Below, in pieces: positions 9,241-17,477 of a stretch of 64,000 bases of DNA (positions are counted from its first letter, which is position 1; the number at the start of each line of letters is the position of its first letter). The translations under genes and the position numbers were made by a program. The notes below the pieces were generated by a model. The model was not told where the DNA came from and searched no databases. It was given only the letters and a program-made list of their open reading frames with translations. Source of the DNA: Lentisphaerae bacterium GWF2_57_35 (GTDB taxonomy: Bacteria > Verrucomicrobiota > Kiritimatiellia > CAIQIC01 > GWF2-57-35); assembly GCA_001804865.1 (NCBI GenBank), contig MHBK01000045.1, forward strand, positions 43,946 to 107,945, written 5' to 3'.

Positions 9241-9885
9241 TTACCGCCGCTTGATCACGCGCGTATCGCAAATCATGTCGTGCAACCCGCGCTTTTCCGA
9301 ATCAAAACCGGCCATGATGTATCCGATGAACAGGATCATTTCGCTGAGAATCTTCGCGAAATAACGGCCTGTGGCTCTTCCATAGGCAAGCGGTGCGCCG
9401 TCGGATCTCACCACCCTCACCCCCACCGCCATCTTGCCCAGCGTAGCGCCATATTTGGACACCATGACGATTTCATAACAAGCGCCAACCACCAGTTGGA
9501 TCAGGTTCAACCCGAGTTGAAGCATAATCGGGGTCTCCGCGCCGGAAAAAATGGACGCCCAGGAAAACGAAAACGAAAAGGCATAGAACGGAACGATCAG
9601 GATAAGTCCATCCACGAAGGTCGCACAAAACCGAATCCAGAAGCCGGCAAACTCCATATCCTCGGGCCGCACGGCGTTTTCAGCCTGCGCCGCGGACGGC
9701 GCAGCCGCCATTTCCGCCGGCGGCATTACGGAAGGGCTGAACGAAGCATAAGGCTTCCATTCGGGCAGGCCCTCGTGCCAAACCAACGTGTCAGCTTGTA
9801 CAATGCCTCGCTGAAACAGTTGCTGAAAATCCTCTTCGTTAAACGGCCCCTTCGGCGTTTGTTCGTCGGCGTAATACCAGTTCAC
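9241..9885 (-). CDS. RDD-family membrane protein with N-terminal DUF4339 (GYF-like) domain
   Basis: WYYADEQTPKGPFNEEDFQQLFQRGIVQADTLVWHEGLPEWKPYASF matches DUF4339. The C-terminal half (FAGFWIRFCATFVDGLILIVPF...LHDMICDTRVIKRR) matches RDD. The ORF is open to 10269, but GTG at 9885-9883 is preceded by AAGGAGAG and overlaps the upstream gene's stop as GTGA. There is no ATG between 10269 and the domain. Confidence 0.75.
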   Translation of the reverse strand: MNWYYADEQTPKGPFNEEDFQQLFQRGIVQADTLVWHEGLPEWKPYASFSPSVMPPAEMAAAPSAAQAENAVRPEDMEFAGFWIRFCATFVDGLILIVPFYAFSFSFSWASIFSGAETPIMLQLGLNLIQLVVGACYEIVMVSKYGATLGKMAVGVRVVRSDGAPLAYGRATGRYFAKILSEMILFIGYIMAGFDSEKRGLHDMICDTRVIKRR

Positions 9886-11012
9886 AAATGCTCTCCTTGT
9901 TTCGATGGCTGCGCTGCCCCCTGTCCCACAGTTGAATACCCAGTAATGTCCACGATGAATATATCCGGCTGGCAGTATATCCGAACAGGCGGATTCGCGG
10001 CGCCCACTCCGCTGGCCACGAACAAATGGGTTCCATGGACCACAAAATGCCCATGATCGAAACGTCTTCCATAAAGAGAGGGAATCACCACGGGTCCCAG
10101 CCAGGGAATTCGAGCTTGCCCTGCATGGTAATGCCCGGAGAAAACGCCGTGAACAGACGCGCGACTCAAGCGATAGATGTTGTCCGGCGTATGAGAAAGC
10201 ACAAGATGCAGCCCCTGCCCCTTCGTATCCGGAAAATCCGCCGGCCGCTCTCCCCAGGGATAATCCCAACCCGTCAGGAGTATTTCATGCCCCTCCAAAT
10301 CGAGCCGGAGGGTCTCGTTGCGCAACAGCGTCACGCCCGCGTTGCGAATAACCGAACGAACTTTGTCGGCGCCCGCCCAGTAATCGTGATTCCCCAGCAC
10401 CGCAAAAGTCGATCGTCGGGCTACAGGCCGCAAAACCTGCTCCAGTTCGGGCAAGGCTTCGGCCTTGGTTACAAAATCCCCCGTCATAAATGCATAGTCC
10501 GCCTGCGCATCTTCAGCCACAGACAGCACATTGCGGAAATACTCCGCCGGGACCTTCGGATTTACATGAAGATCGCTGAGGTGGACGATACGAAATGCTG
10601 GCCCCTGCCAGGAAGGCAAGGAAATCTCATATCGATGAACCACTGCATCGGTGGTCGTGAAGGGCCGAAACAAGCCCACTTGATGTGGAATACTGTCGAC
10701 GGGAGGACTGCCTTTGCATTGTCGACGTATCCATAGCCTCCGGCATTCGCCCATCAGACACAATAGTATAATCCCCGCCGGAACCCCCATCCAGCCGGCG
10801 GCGGGCAACACCCAGCCCGCCCAGGCAAGACCACCGGGAATCACAACAAAAAGCAGGAGAACAAGCGGCGTCTTGTACCGGCTGTCGCGCATCAGAATGG
10901 CGTACCGGTTAAGGATAAACAAAAAAACACATAAACCCGCCAAACCCGAAAGCAACACCGATATGATCGATTCCATCCGCATTTTTGTACATGCCTCAAA
11001 ATTGTTACGCAT
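9882..11012 (-). CDS. membrane-anchored metallophosphoesterase (calcineurin-like, YkuE/YaeI-type)
   Basis: Two to three N-terminal TM helices, then the phosphoesterase motifs IVHLSDLHV, GDFV, LGNHD, GHYH and GHFVVHGTHLF. An alternative start MRMESI lies ~30 nt downstream. Confidence 0.8.
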   Translation of the reverse strand: MRNNFEACTKMRMESIISVLLSGLAGLCVFLFILNRYAILMRDSRYKTPLVLLLFVVIPGGLAWAGWVLPAAGWMGVPAGIILLCLMGECRRLWIRRQCKGSPPVDSIPHQVGLFRPFTTTDAVVHRYEISLPSWQGPAFRIVHLSDLHVNPKVPAEYFRNVLSVAEDAQADYAFMTGDFVTKAEALPELEQVLRPVARRSTFAVLGNHDYWAGADKVRSVIRNAGVTLLRNETLRLDLEGHEILLTGWDYPWGERPADFPDTKGQGLHLVLSHTPDNIYRLSRASVHGVFSGHYHAGQARIPWLGPVVIPSLYGRRFDHGHFVVHGTHLFVASGVGAANPPVRIYCQPDIFIVDITGYSTVGQGAAQPSKQGEHL

Positions 11013-11067
11013 AAGCTACTGCGGAATAGCGAACGGCGTCAATGAGCCAAACAACCGAAACAGCATC

Positions 11068-11188
11068 CGCGCATACGAATAAGAATCCACGTCCTTACGG
11101 ACGCGGCTACGTAGCCGCCGGCGTAAGCCGGTGGTTTCTTTCCAGTGCCAGACGTTGAGGAGGGGCCGTGTCAAGATGCCTCGTTGAC
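11068..11188. repeat. copy A of a ~125-bp near-identical structured intergenic repeat (copy B at 58243-58371)
   Basis: Direct comparison shows about 95% identity with 58243-58371. It contains hairpin ccacgtcc-ttac-ggacgcgg, the perfect 12-bp palindrome GGCTACGTAGCC, hairpin ccggc-GTAA-gccgg, then GAGGAGG. It lies 72 nt upstream of the + strand gene at 11261, in a divergent intergenic region. Confidence 0.8.
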
Positions 11189-11260
11189 TTCAACTAATTT
11201 ATAGTTAATATAGCCGCCGAATCCCAAAACCGACAGGGGTACAAAAAAGGAAAGGATACC

Positions 11261-11833
11261 ATGAAGAAGCTTTGTTGGATGGCTATCGTAGTTGCAGCGA
11301 CGACGTTAAGTTCCTGGGCGGCGCAAGATCATTCGCTGACCAACGCAAGTTTTGAAAGCGGGAACTTCGACGGCTGGCAAATGTTTGGCAAACATTGGCG
11401 TACCAGCGCCAATATGGCCAACGAAAAATACACCGATGCGCACAGCGGGACCATGGGCGCCGTGAACGACGTCATGCCCGTCGACACCGATATGATGCAA
11501 GACGAATGGCGGGGCTTGTTCCAATCGGTCCGAGCCAAAGCAGGCAAGGAATACATCGCCGGGGCCTGGATTAAATCCATGAACACCAGCTCCACCGAAT
11601 CCTATGTCGAACTCCAATTTCTCGACAAGGCCGGCCAGGTAATAAAATTCGTGCAATCGGATTTTGTCACGTCAGACCAGGACTTCACCTGGGTCGTCAC
11701 GCCTCCCACCGAGGCGCCGCAAGGAACCGAAAGCGCCAATGTCCGCGGCATCGTGCATATGATCGGTCCCGTGACCAACGACCCGGCTTACCACATCTTC
11801 GACGATTTCGAGTTCAAGCGCCCAGAAAAATGA
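11261..11833 (+). CDS. secreted carbohydrate-binding-module-like protein (CBM4/9/22-type beta-sandwich)
   Basis: Signal peptide MKKLCWMAIVVAATTLSSWAAQ followed by NASFESGNFDGW, the hallmark motif of CBM4_9-type domains. A strong AAGGAAAGGA SD is present. Confidence 0.65.
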   Translation: MKKLCWMAIVVAATTLSSWAAQDHSLTNASFESGNFDGWQMFGKHWRTSANMANEKYTDAHSGTMGAVNDVMPVDTDMMQDEWRGLFQSVRAKAGKEYIAGAWIKSMNTSSTESYVELQFLDKAGQVIKFVQSDFVTSDQDFTWVVTPPTEAPQGTESANVRGIVHMIGPVTNDPAYHIFDDFEFKRPEK

Positions 11834-11862
11834 CGAATCATCCTCCAGGGGGAGGAAGCGTG

Positions 11863-12576
11863 TTAAGCCGTAAGTCCGCGGCTCCACGCATCGAGATAAC
11901 GGGATATTTTGGAATGAACCCTGGCCCGCGCTTCGCGCCGGGCCAGGCCTCCGGTCAGCAAGTTGTCGTATTCCGTTTCGGCATGCCGAATGTGGGCAAT
12001 GACCGCCAGACGTACAGCGTCCTCGCTGAGCGCCTTTGCGGCGGCGCTGCGCCCCACGCGACCGCTATACTTCCGGCAGGCATGCTCGGCAATGAGCCGT
12101 TCGCGCCCTTCGGGGCAACAAGGGAAAAGCTCCCGCACGCGGACGGTAAATTGCGCGATATAGGTCTGGTCGAGTTCGGCCCTCCGAAGTTCCGCCTGCG
12201 CCCGGCGCACGTCGCGGACTTGCGCATCGCCCTCGCACTCCCGCTCCGCACGCTCCAACGCCTCGTCTTCGACCAGCACCCCCTGCCGTTCGTAGCGCTT
12301 GCGGGCCCGGCTCCATTTCACGACCACCACGGATAACGACGAATATTTCCGCGAACGCCGCGTCAGGGCCGTATCGCCGGACGGCAGATAAACCAAATGG
12401 TCGTAGTCGGCGCAACTCAGGCAGACCGCTTTGCGATCTTCTTTCAGTGAAATCCAGGCATGGTTTCCCAACTTCGCGCCACATTCGTCGCAGGCGGACT
12501 CCTGCGTAGTGATAAAGACCACCAGATCGCCTGGTTTTCCCGTGCTAAATTTGTTTTTGGGTCCTTCCTCCGACAT
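11863..12576 (-). CDS. DUF2293 family protein with N-terminal CxxC...CxxC zinc ribbon
   Basis: CDECGAKL...CLSCADYDH zinc ribbon, and a C-terminal ...AVIAHIRHAETEYDNLL... region resembling DUF2293. Recalled from memory, not searched. Confidence 0.6.
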   Translation of the reverse strand: MSEEGPKNKFSTGKPGDLVVFITTQESACDECGAKLGNHAWISLKEDRKAVCLSCADYDHLVYLPSGDTALTRRSRKYSSLSVVVVKWSRARKRYERQGVLVEDEALERAERECEGDAQVRDVRRAQAELRRAELDQTYIAQFTVRVRELFPCCPEGRERLIAEHACRKYSGRVGRSAAAKALSEDAVRLAVIAHIRHAETEYDNLLTGGLARREARARVHSKISRYLDAWSRGLTA

Positions 12577-12691
12577 AGAGCCTCCGTTCGTTGATTTTTT
12601 AGCGTTTCTCCGTTTTGTGGAGCAACTCTATTTACGGGCCATCGCCCACTTCTCGCCGGCAATTGAAATGCAGATATTCTCCTATCTACCT

Positions 12692-12722
12692 CATAATCAT
12701 AATCTTAATCGTAATCCTAATC
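12692..12722. repeat. five tandem hexamers (N)TAATC: cATAATCATAATCtTAATCgTAATCcTAATC
   Basis: Read directly in the divergent promoter region between the DUF2293 gene (-) and ychF (+). Confidence 0.7.
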
Positions 12723-12849
12723 TCCTTCTGAATACTGTCGAAATAGACTTGAGCCGTTCGATGCGTCTTGACTCATAATTACAATTGCTGACTTCTCGCT
12801 GGCTTTCCAAACCCTGTAGGATTAAATATCCCCCAAGGAGAAAAGGACC

Positions 12850-13929
12850 ATGTTGAAACTGGGGATTGTAGGGCTTCCGAATGTCGGCAAATCCACGCTG
12901 TTCAATGCGCTGACCCGCGGGCATGCCCCGGCGGAAAACTATCCGTTCACCACCATTGAACCCAATGTGGGTACCGTGACCGTGCCCGATGCGCGCATCG
13001 AGCCCCTGGCGGCGGTCCTGCACCCGGCCAAAATCGTGCCGGCGCATCTGGAATTTGTGGACATCGCGGGCCTGGTTCGCGGAGCGCATAAGGGCGAGGG
13101 TTTGGGCAATCAGTTCCTCTCGCACATCCGCGATGTGACGGCGCTGATCCATGTGGTGCGTTGCTTTCCTTCGGGCGATGTGGCGCACGTCAGCGCGGAA
13201 CTCGATCCGCTCAGCGACATCGAAACCATCCACACCGAATTGATGCTCGCCGATCTGGCCTTGCTTGAAAAAAATGTGCCAAGACTGAAAAAATCGAACG
13301 ACAAAAACGATCAACACAAGGCGGCTTTGCTGGAACCGTTGGCCGCGGCCCTCTCGGAGGGAAAACCGATCCGTTCGCTTCCGTTGAGCGAAGAGGCCGC
13401 CCAGGTCGCGATGGAATACGGTTTGCTGACCCAACGCCGCGAACTATATGTGGCCAACCTGGGCGAATCGCCGAGCGACCTTCAGGAACAATTGGCGCGC
13501 AAGGTCGAGGCGAAAGCCAGGGAAGAAGGCCTGGAGTGCGTGCGGGTGTTTGGGCGGATGGAAGCGGAATTGAACGACCTGTCCGAAGAGGATCGCGGGG
13601 CGTTCATGAAGGATCTTGGGATCGACGAACCGACCACCGCGCGCGTGATTCATGCGGGGTTCCATTTGTTGGGTCTGATCGTGTTTTACACGACCGAAAG
13701 CAATATACTTCAGGCTTGGCCGCTCAAATCGGGCCGGCTCGCGCCGGAGGCGGCAGGCCAAATTCATTCGGACATGCAGAAGGGATTCATCTCCGCGGAT
13801 GTGGTCTCGACGGGGGATCTGGTGCGAACAGGATCGATGGCGAACGCACGTAGTCATGGGTGTCTGAGACAGGAGGGCAAGCATTATGAAGTCCGGGATG
13901 GAGATGTATGCCGGTTCCATTTCGCCTGA
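12850..13929 (+). CDS. ychF: ribosome-binding ATPase YchF (Obg-family GTPase)
   Basis: MLKLGIVGLPNVGKSTLFNALT...NYPFTTIEPNVG...DIAGLV (G1-G4 motifs) plus the C-terminal TGS region. AAGGAGAAAAGG SD is present. Confidence 0.95.
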   Translation: MLKLGIVGLPNVGKSTLFNALTRGHAPAENYPFTTIEPNVGTVTVPDARIEPLAAVLHPAKIVPAHLEFVDIAGLVRGAHKGEGLGNQFLSHIRDVTALIHVVRCFPSGDVAHVSAELDPLSDIETIHTELMLADLALLEKNVPRLKKSNDKNDQHKAALLEPLAAALSEGKPIRSLPLSEEAAQVAMEYGLLTQRRELYVANLGESPSDLQEQLARKVEAKAREEGLECVRVFGRMEAELNDLSEEDRGAFMKDLGIDEPTTARVIHAGFHLLGLIVFYTTESNILQAWPLKSGRLAPEAAGQIHSDMQKGFISADVVSTGDLVRTGSMANARSHGCLRQEGKHYEVRDGDVCRFHFA

Positions 13930-15361
13930 GTGTTTTCCTCGGGCGGCGGAGTATGCAGGACTTGGAATCTTTCAACGGCCTTTGCTTCGCGAGAAAAAAC
14001 AGTTTCGCCAGATTCCGGATTTTTCGGAACGGCACTTGCAGTGCATCTGGTTCGATGCCCGATGGCGTCCGTCCATCATGCAAACGTCCTCCGGGGAAGA
14101 GGTCCGGGTGGAAGATCCGGGCATCTGGAATCTGGAGGCCGGCCCGGACTTTCTGGGCGCGGCCTTGAGGGTCGGCACGGGAAACCGCCGCATTCGCGGG
14201 GATGTGGAAATCCACGTGCATCCTTCGGACTGGAAACAGCACGGCCATGCCGAGGATCGACGGTACGCGCAGGTCAAAGCCCACGTCACTTTCTTTCCCG
14301 GCGTGCCCGAGCCGACCCTGTTCCCTCCGGGCGTCATCCATGTCGCCTTGAAAAACGAGTTGCTCTCCAATCCGCTGTTTTCCTTCGAAAACGTCGATAT
14401 CACCGCTTATCCCATGTCAGCGCGCTGCACGGAACCGCCCTGCCGAAGGGTTATATCCGCCTGGACGCCGGAAGCTCGAATGCGGTTCATGGAGGCTGCC
14501 GGCGAGGAGCGGCTGCGGCGAAAAGCGGAGCGCATGGCGGCTTCGATTCGGGAAAAAGGGGTGGATCAAGCGCTCTACGAAGAAATCATGTGCGCCCTGG
14601 GATATAAAGGCAACAAACAGCCGTTCCGAATCCTAGCCGAACGGATTCCCTTTCAGCACCTGCATGCCCTCGACGCATTCAAAGCTTACGCGCTTCTGCT
14701 GGGCGTGTCGGGACTCCTGCCCGAAAACGTCGAGAAAAAGTGGGACGAGGAAACCCGGGAATTTGTCCGGGCCATCTGGGACACCTGGTGGAAAATCCGC
14801 GGCACATGGGAAAAGAAACTCCTGACGCGCAGCGATTGGCAGTTAAACGGCCTGCGACCGGCGAATCATCCGATCCGTCGTTTAATGGCGGCAGCACATC
14901 TGTTCACGGCGGAAAAGCCTTTGGCCGAACGCCTCGACGAACTCATTCACGGATCAACCGAATTGCTGGCCGAGAAAGTGGAGAAGATTTTCAGGATAGA
15001 AGCCGGCGCCTATTGGGAGCGTCGGTGGGCGCTTTCGGGCAAACCCACCCCGGAACCCGTTGCCTTGCTAGGCCCCTCCCGAATCACGGCCATCCATCTC
15101 AACGTCATACTACCCTTTGCCGCTGCGGCCGGATTGCCCATGCGGGAGCTTCTTCGTCAAATCCCAACGGAGCCGGCGAATCTCGTGATCAAGCAAACCG
15201 CCTGGAATTTGTTCGGTCCGGACCAGGCCGAATCGCTCTATCGGCAGGGCTTGCGACAACAGGGACTGACGCAGATTTTCTACGACTTTTGCATGAACGA
15301 CCGTTCCCGCTGTGAGGAATGCTTCTTGCCCCAAATGCTGGAAGCCGGCAAAAAGGCATAG
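13886..15361 (+). CDS. DUF2851 family protein
   Basis: 491-aa ORF with EIHVHPSDWKQHGHAEDRRYAQV, a motif resembling DUF2851. Recalled, not searched. AGGAGGG SD lies 8 nt upstream. It overlaps the ychF 3' end by 44 nt. Confidence 0.65.
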   Translation: MKSGMEMYAGSISPECFPRAAEYAGLGIFQRPLLREKKQFRQIPDFSERHLQCIWFDARWRPSIMQTSSGEEVRVEDPGIWNLEAGPDFLGAALRVGTGNRRIRGDVEIHVHPSDWKQHGHAEDRRYAQVKAHVTFFPGVPEPTLFPPGVIHVALKNELLSNPLFSFENVDITAYPMSARCTEPPCRRVISAWTPEARMRFMEAAGEERLRRKAERMAASIREKGVDQALYEEIMCALGYKGNKQPFRILAERIPFQHLHALDAFKAYALLLGVSGLLPENVEKKWDEETREFVRAIWDTWWKIRGTWEKKLLTRSDWQLNGLRPANHPIRRLMAAAHLFTAEKPLAERLDELIHGSTELLAEKVEKIFRIEAGAYWERRWALSGKPTPEPVALLGPSRITAIHLNVILPFAAAAGLPMRELLRQIPTEPANLVIKQTAWNLFGPDQAESLYRQGLRQQGLTQIFYDFCMNDRSRCEECFLPQMLEAGKKA

Positions 15362-15362
15362 C

Positions 15363-15767
15363 CTATTCGAGCTTCACCTTTCCCGGCTCACCCGGAGGAG
15401 GCTCCTCTTTGACGGGTTTCGGCTCGAAACGATTGCAGGTGTCGGTGGCCTCCACTTCCTTTTTGTGCAAGGCGCACCACTGCATGAAGGGATTAACCAC
15501 GTAATTGACGCAATGACGGCAGAGGCGTTCCGCTTCGCCTTCATGGAAAACCTTGACAGGCGCCGGACGATCCGCTTCGGTAAAAACGCGGAGAACTTCC
15601 TTTTCCTTGAAAGGAACCTCCTCCTCCCCGGCAAATTCGTGGCCGCAAGCCGCACAGGCAAAGGAATCGCCGATGCGGGTAAATCCGTCGTATTTCGGGT
15701 TGCGAATTACAAACGTATCGGCGCCACAAACGGTGCAAAGTATATCGACTGATTTCCGTTCATTCAT
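15363..15767 (-). CDS. zinc-ribbon protein (two CxxC...CxxC clusters), function unknown
   Basis: 134 aa. First cluster CTVCG...CAACGH; second CRHC...C...C. Acidic/Pro-rich tail. Lies tail-to-tail with the DUF2851 gene. Confidence 0.5.
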   Translation of the reverse strand: MNERKSVDILCTVCGADTFVIRNPKYDGFTRIGDSFACAACGHEFAGEEEVPFKEKEVLRVFTEADRPAPVKVFHEGEAERLCRHCVNYVVNPFMQWCALHKKEVEATDTCNRFEPKPVKEEPPPGEPGKVKLE

Positions 15768-15858
15768 CGTATGGCCATTTGCCAGTTATAATAAACTCTG
15801 CTTTTATACGAAAAAAAAGAAAATATGCGCAAGAAAAGGGGTATGCATAGTCTCTACC

Positions 15859-17442
15859 ATGTATGAAAAGACAAAGCGCCATTCTGAAACGACCTTTTTC
15901 ACCGGCATCACCCGAGGGCAATGGACCGGCTATATACTGCTCGGCGCCGCCATTTTTCTGTTGTTTTTCTTCGTTTATGTTCAAGCTCGGCGCTCCTTGA
16001 TCAATGAAATCAGGCATCATGTCATGGGCGTCGCGGCCGCATCCGCCGCCGGACTCGATGCCCGGCTGATCCAACAAGTATGGAGTCCTGCCGACGTTTC
16101 CACACCCGCCTATCGAAGCCTCCAGGAGCGGCTGGACCGCATAGCCTTAAACACGCCGGACATCCGATACATTTACACCATGAGGCGCAGTCTGAAGGAT
16201 CAAGCCTTGTCCACGGATTACGAGTATGTAGTGGACGCCAGCGCGCGCGATCGCAACAACAATCAAGAGATCGACCCGGACGAAATCTGCGAACCGCCCG
16301 GCAAGGATTACAGCGCCCAAGACCTGCCGGAACTTGTAAGGGCGTGGTACACCCCGGCCGCCGACCGATCCATCAGCGCCGATCCTCCCTATCCCGATTT
16401 GATTTCCGGCTATGCGCCCATTCGAAATCACTTGGACCAAACGGTCGCCATTGTCGGGGTCGATATCACCGCCTCCACCGTACAAGCCAAACTGCTGGCT
16501 CTTCAAAGCGCTTTGTGGGCCGTATGGCTCATCGTGACCCTGTTGATCGTGATGCTGTTGCAGCTATACTATCGGCAACAGGAGGCGCTCGAACAGATCA
16601 AGAGTCTCAGTCAGGATCTAACCGAACGCAATGAAACGCTGCGTGCGGCCAATCTCGATCTCGCCGAATCCAACGAGCGATTCACCAAGGACATTCGTCT
16701 CGCCCAATCCATGCAGCTCCGCCTCATGCCGCGCAGTTTTCCGCACCAGGATAAGATCCGCTTTGACAAGCTTTACCTGGCCGGCGACTTGCCCGGCGGA
16801 GATTTCTTCGATGTCTTTGCGTTGGACGACCGGCACTTGGCTTTGTTCATGGCCGATGTATCCGGTCACGGCATGTCGACCGCCCTGGTGTCCGGTCTGC
16901 TCAAAGCCGCCTTTTCGGCAGCGCGCGAGAAGTCCGACAGCATCCCGATTTCTTTTCATGCCGATCTATGGACTCCTGGCGCCGTCTTGGCTGCCTTAAA
17001 TGAAATGCTGATCAAGGAGATTCCCGAGTATGAATTCATCACGATGATTTATGCCGTGATTCAATTGGACTCCTCGACCGTTCGTATGGCCCGGGCCGGA
17101 CATCCCGCTCCCATTCATTTCTCTGCAAAAGACGGCGTCGCCCGCTTGTGGGACATCCCCGCAGGCGCTGCCTTAGGCCTGATCGCCAAAAGAGACTATC
17201 CCGCCGTGGAGTATATCGCGCAATCCGGCGACAAGATGGTTTTTTTCACGGATGGGCTTCCCGGCGCGCTCAACGAAGCCGGCGAAGCCTTTGGCGAAGA
17301 GCGCCTGCTGGACCTGGTTCAACGAAACGGCTCGCAACCCACGGATCAAATCATCGCCGCTCTGAACCAAGCCATCGAAGGCCATCGGGGCTCTTGCGCC
17401 GTCAGCGACGATTACACGCTGTTGATCGCCGAGATTTGTTGA
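15859..17442 (+). CDS. membrane sensor PP2C-type Ser/Thr phosphatase (SpoIIE/RsbU family) with periplasmic Cache-like domain
   Basis: TM1 GYILLGAAIFLLFFFVYV, a ~270-aa extracytoplasmic region, TM2 LWAVWLIVTLLIVMLL, a coiled coil, then the PP2C core (GDFFDVFALDD...MADVSGHGMSTAL...FFTDGL). The ORF-track start at 15553 is unlikely because of the AT-rich promoter-like region at 15770-15858. Confidence 0.85.
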   Translation: MYEKTKRHSETTFFTGITRGQWTGYILLGAAIFLLFFFVYVQARRSLINEIRHHVMGVAAASAAGLDARLIQQVWSPADVSTPAYRSLQERLDRIALNTPDIRYIYTMRRSLKDQALSTDYEYVVDASARDRNNNQEIDPDEICEPPGKDYSAQDLPELVRAWYTPAADRSISADPPYPDLISGYAPIRNHLDQTVAIVGVDITASTVQAKLLALQSALWAVWLIVTLLIVMLLQLYYRQQEALEQIKSLSQDLTERNETLRAANLDLAESNERFTKDIRLAQSMQLRLMPRSFPHQDKIRFDKLYLAGDLPGGDFFDVFALDDRHLALFMADVSGHGMSTALVSGLLKAAFSAAREKSDSIPISFHADLWTPGAVLAALNEMLIKEIPEYEFITMIYAVIQLDSSTVRMARAGHPAPIHFSAKDGVARLWDIPAGAALGLIAKRDYPAVEYIAQSGDKMVFFTDGLPGALNEAGEAFGEERLLDLVQRNGSQPTDQIIAALNQAIEGHRGSCAVSDDYTLLIAEIC

Positions 17443-17450
17443 CTCGCATT

Positions 17451-17469
17451 TTCCAATGATTGGAAAAAG
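17451..17469. terminator. weak AT-rich hairpin (ttttccaa-tga-ttggaaaa) between convergent genes; possible bidirectional terminator
   Basis: Perfect 8-bp inverted repeat flanked by T/A runs, between the stops at 17442 (+) and 17478 (-). Confidence 0.3.
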
Positions 17470-17477
17470 CCTGCCGC

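Noticed and set aside
8831-9364. 177-aa + strand ORF spanning the 9045-9240 intergenic region
   Set aside because: It overlaps the 3' ends of both convergent neighbours in other frames and has no RBS or domain features.
9280-10736. + strand ORFs 9280-10056 and 10026-10736
   Set aside because: They are antisense to the RDD and metallophosphoesterase genes. Composition is junk-like.
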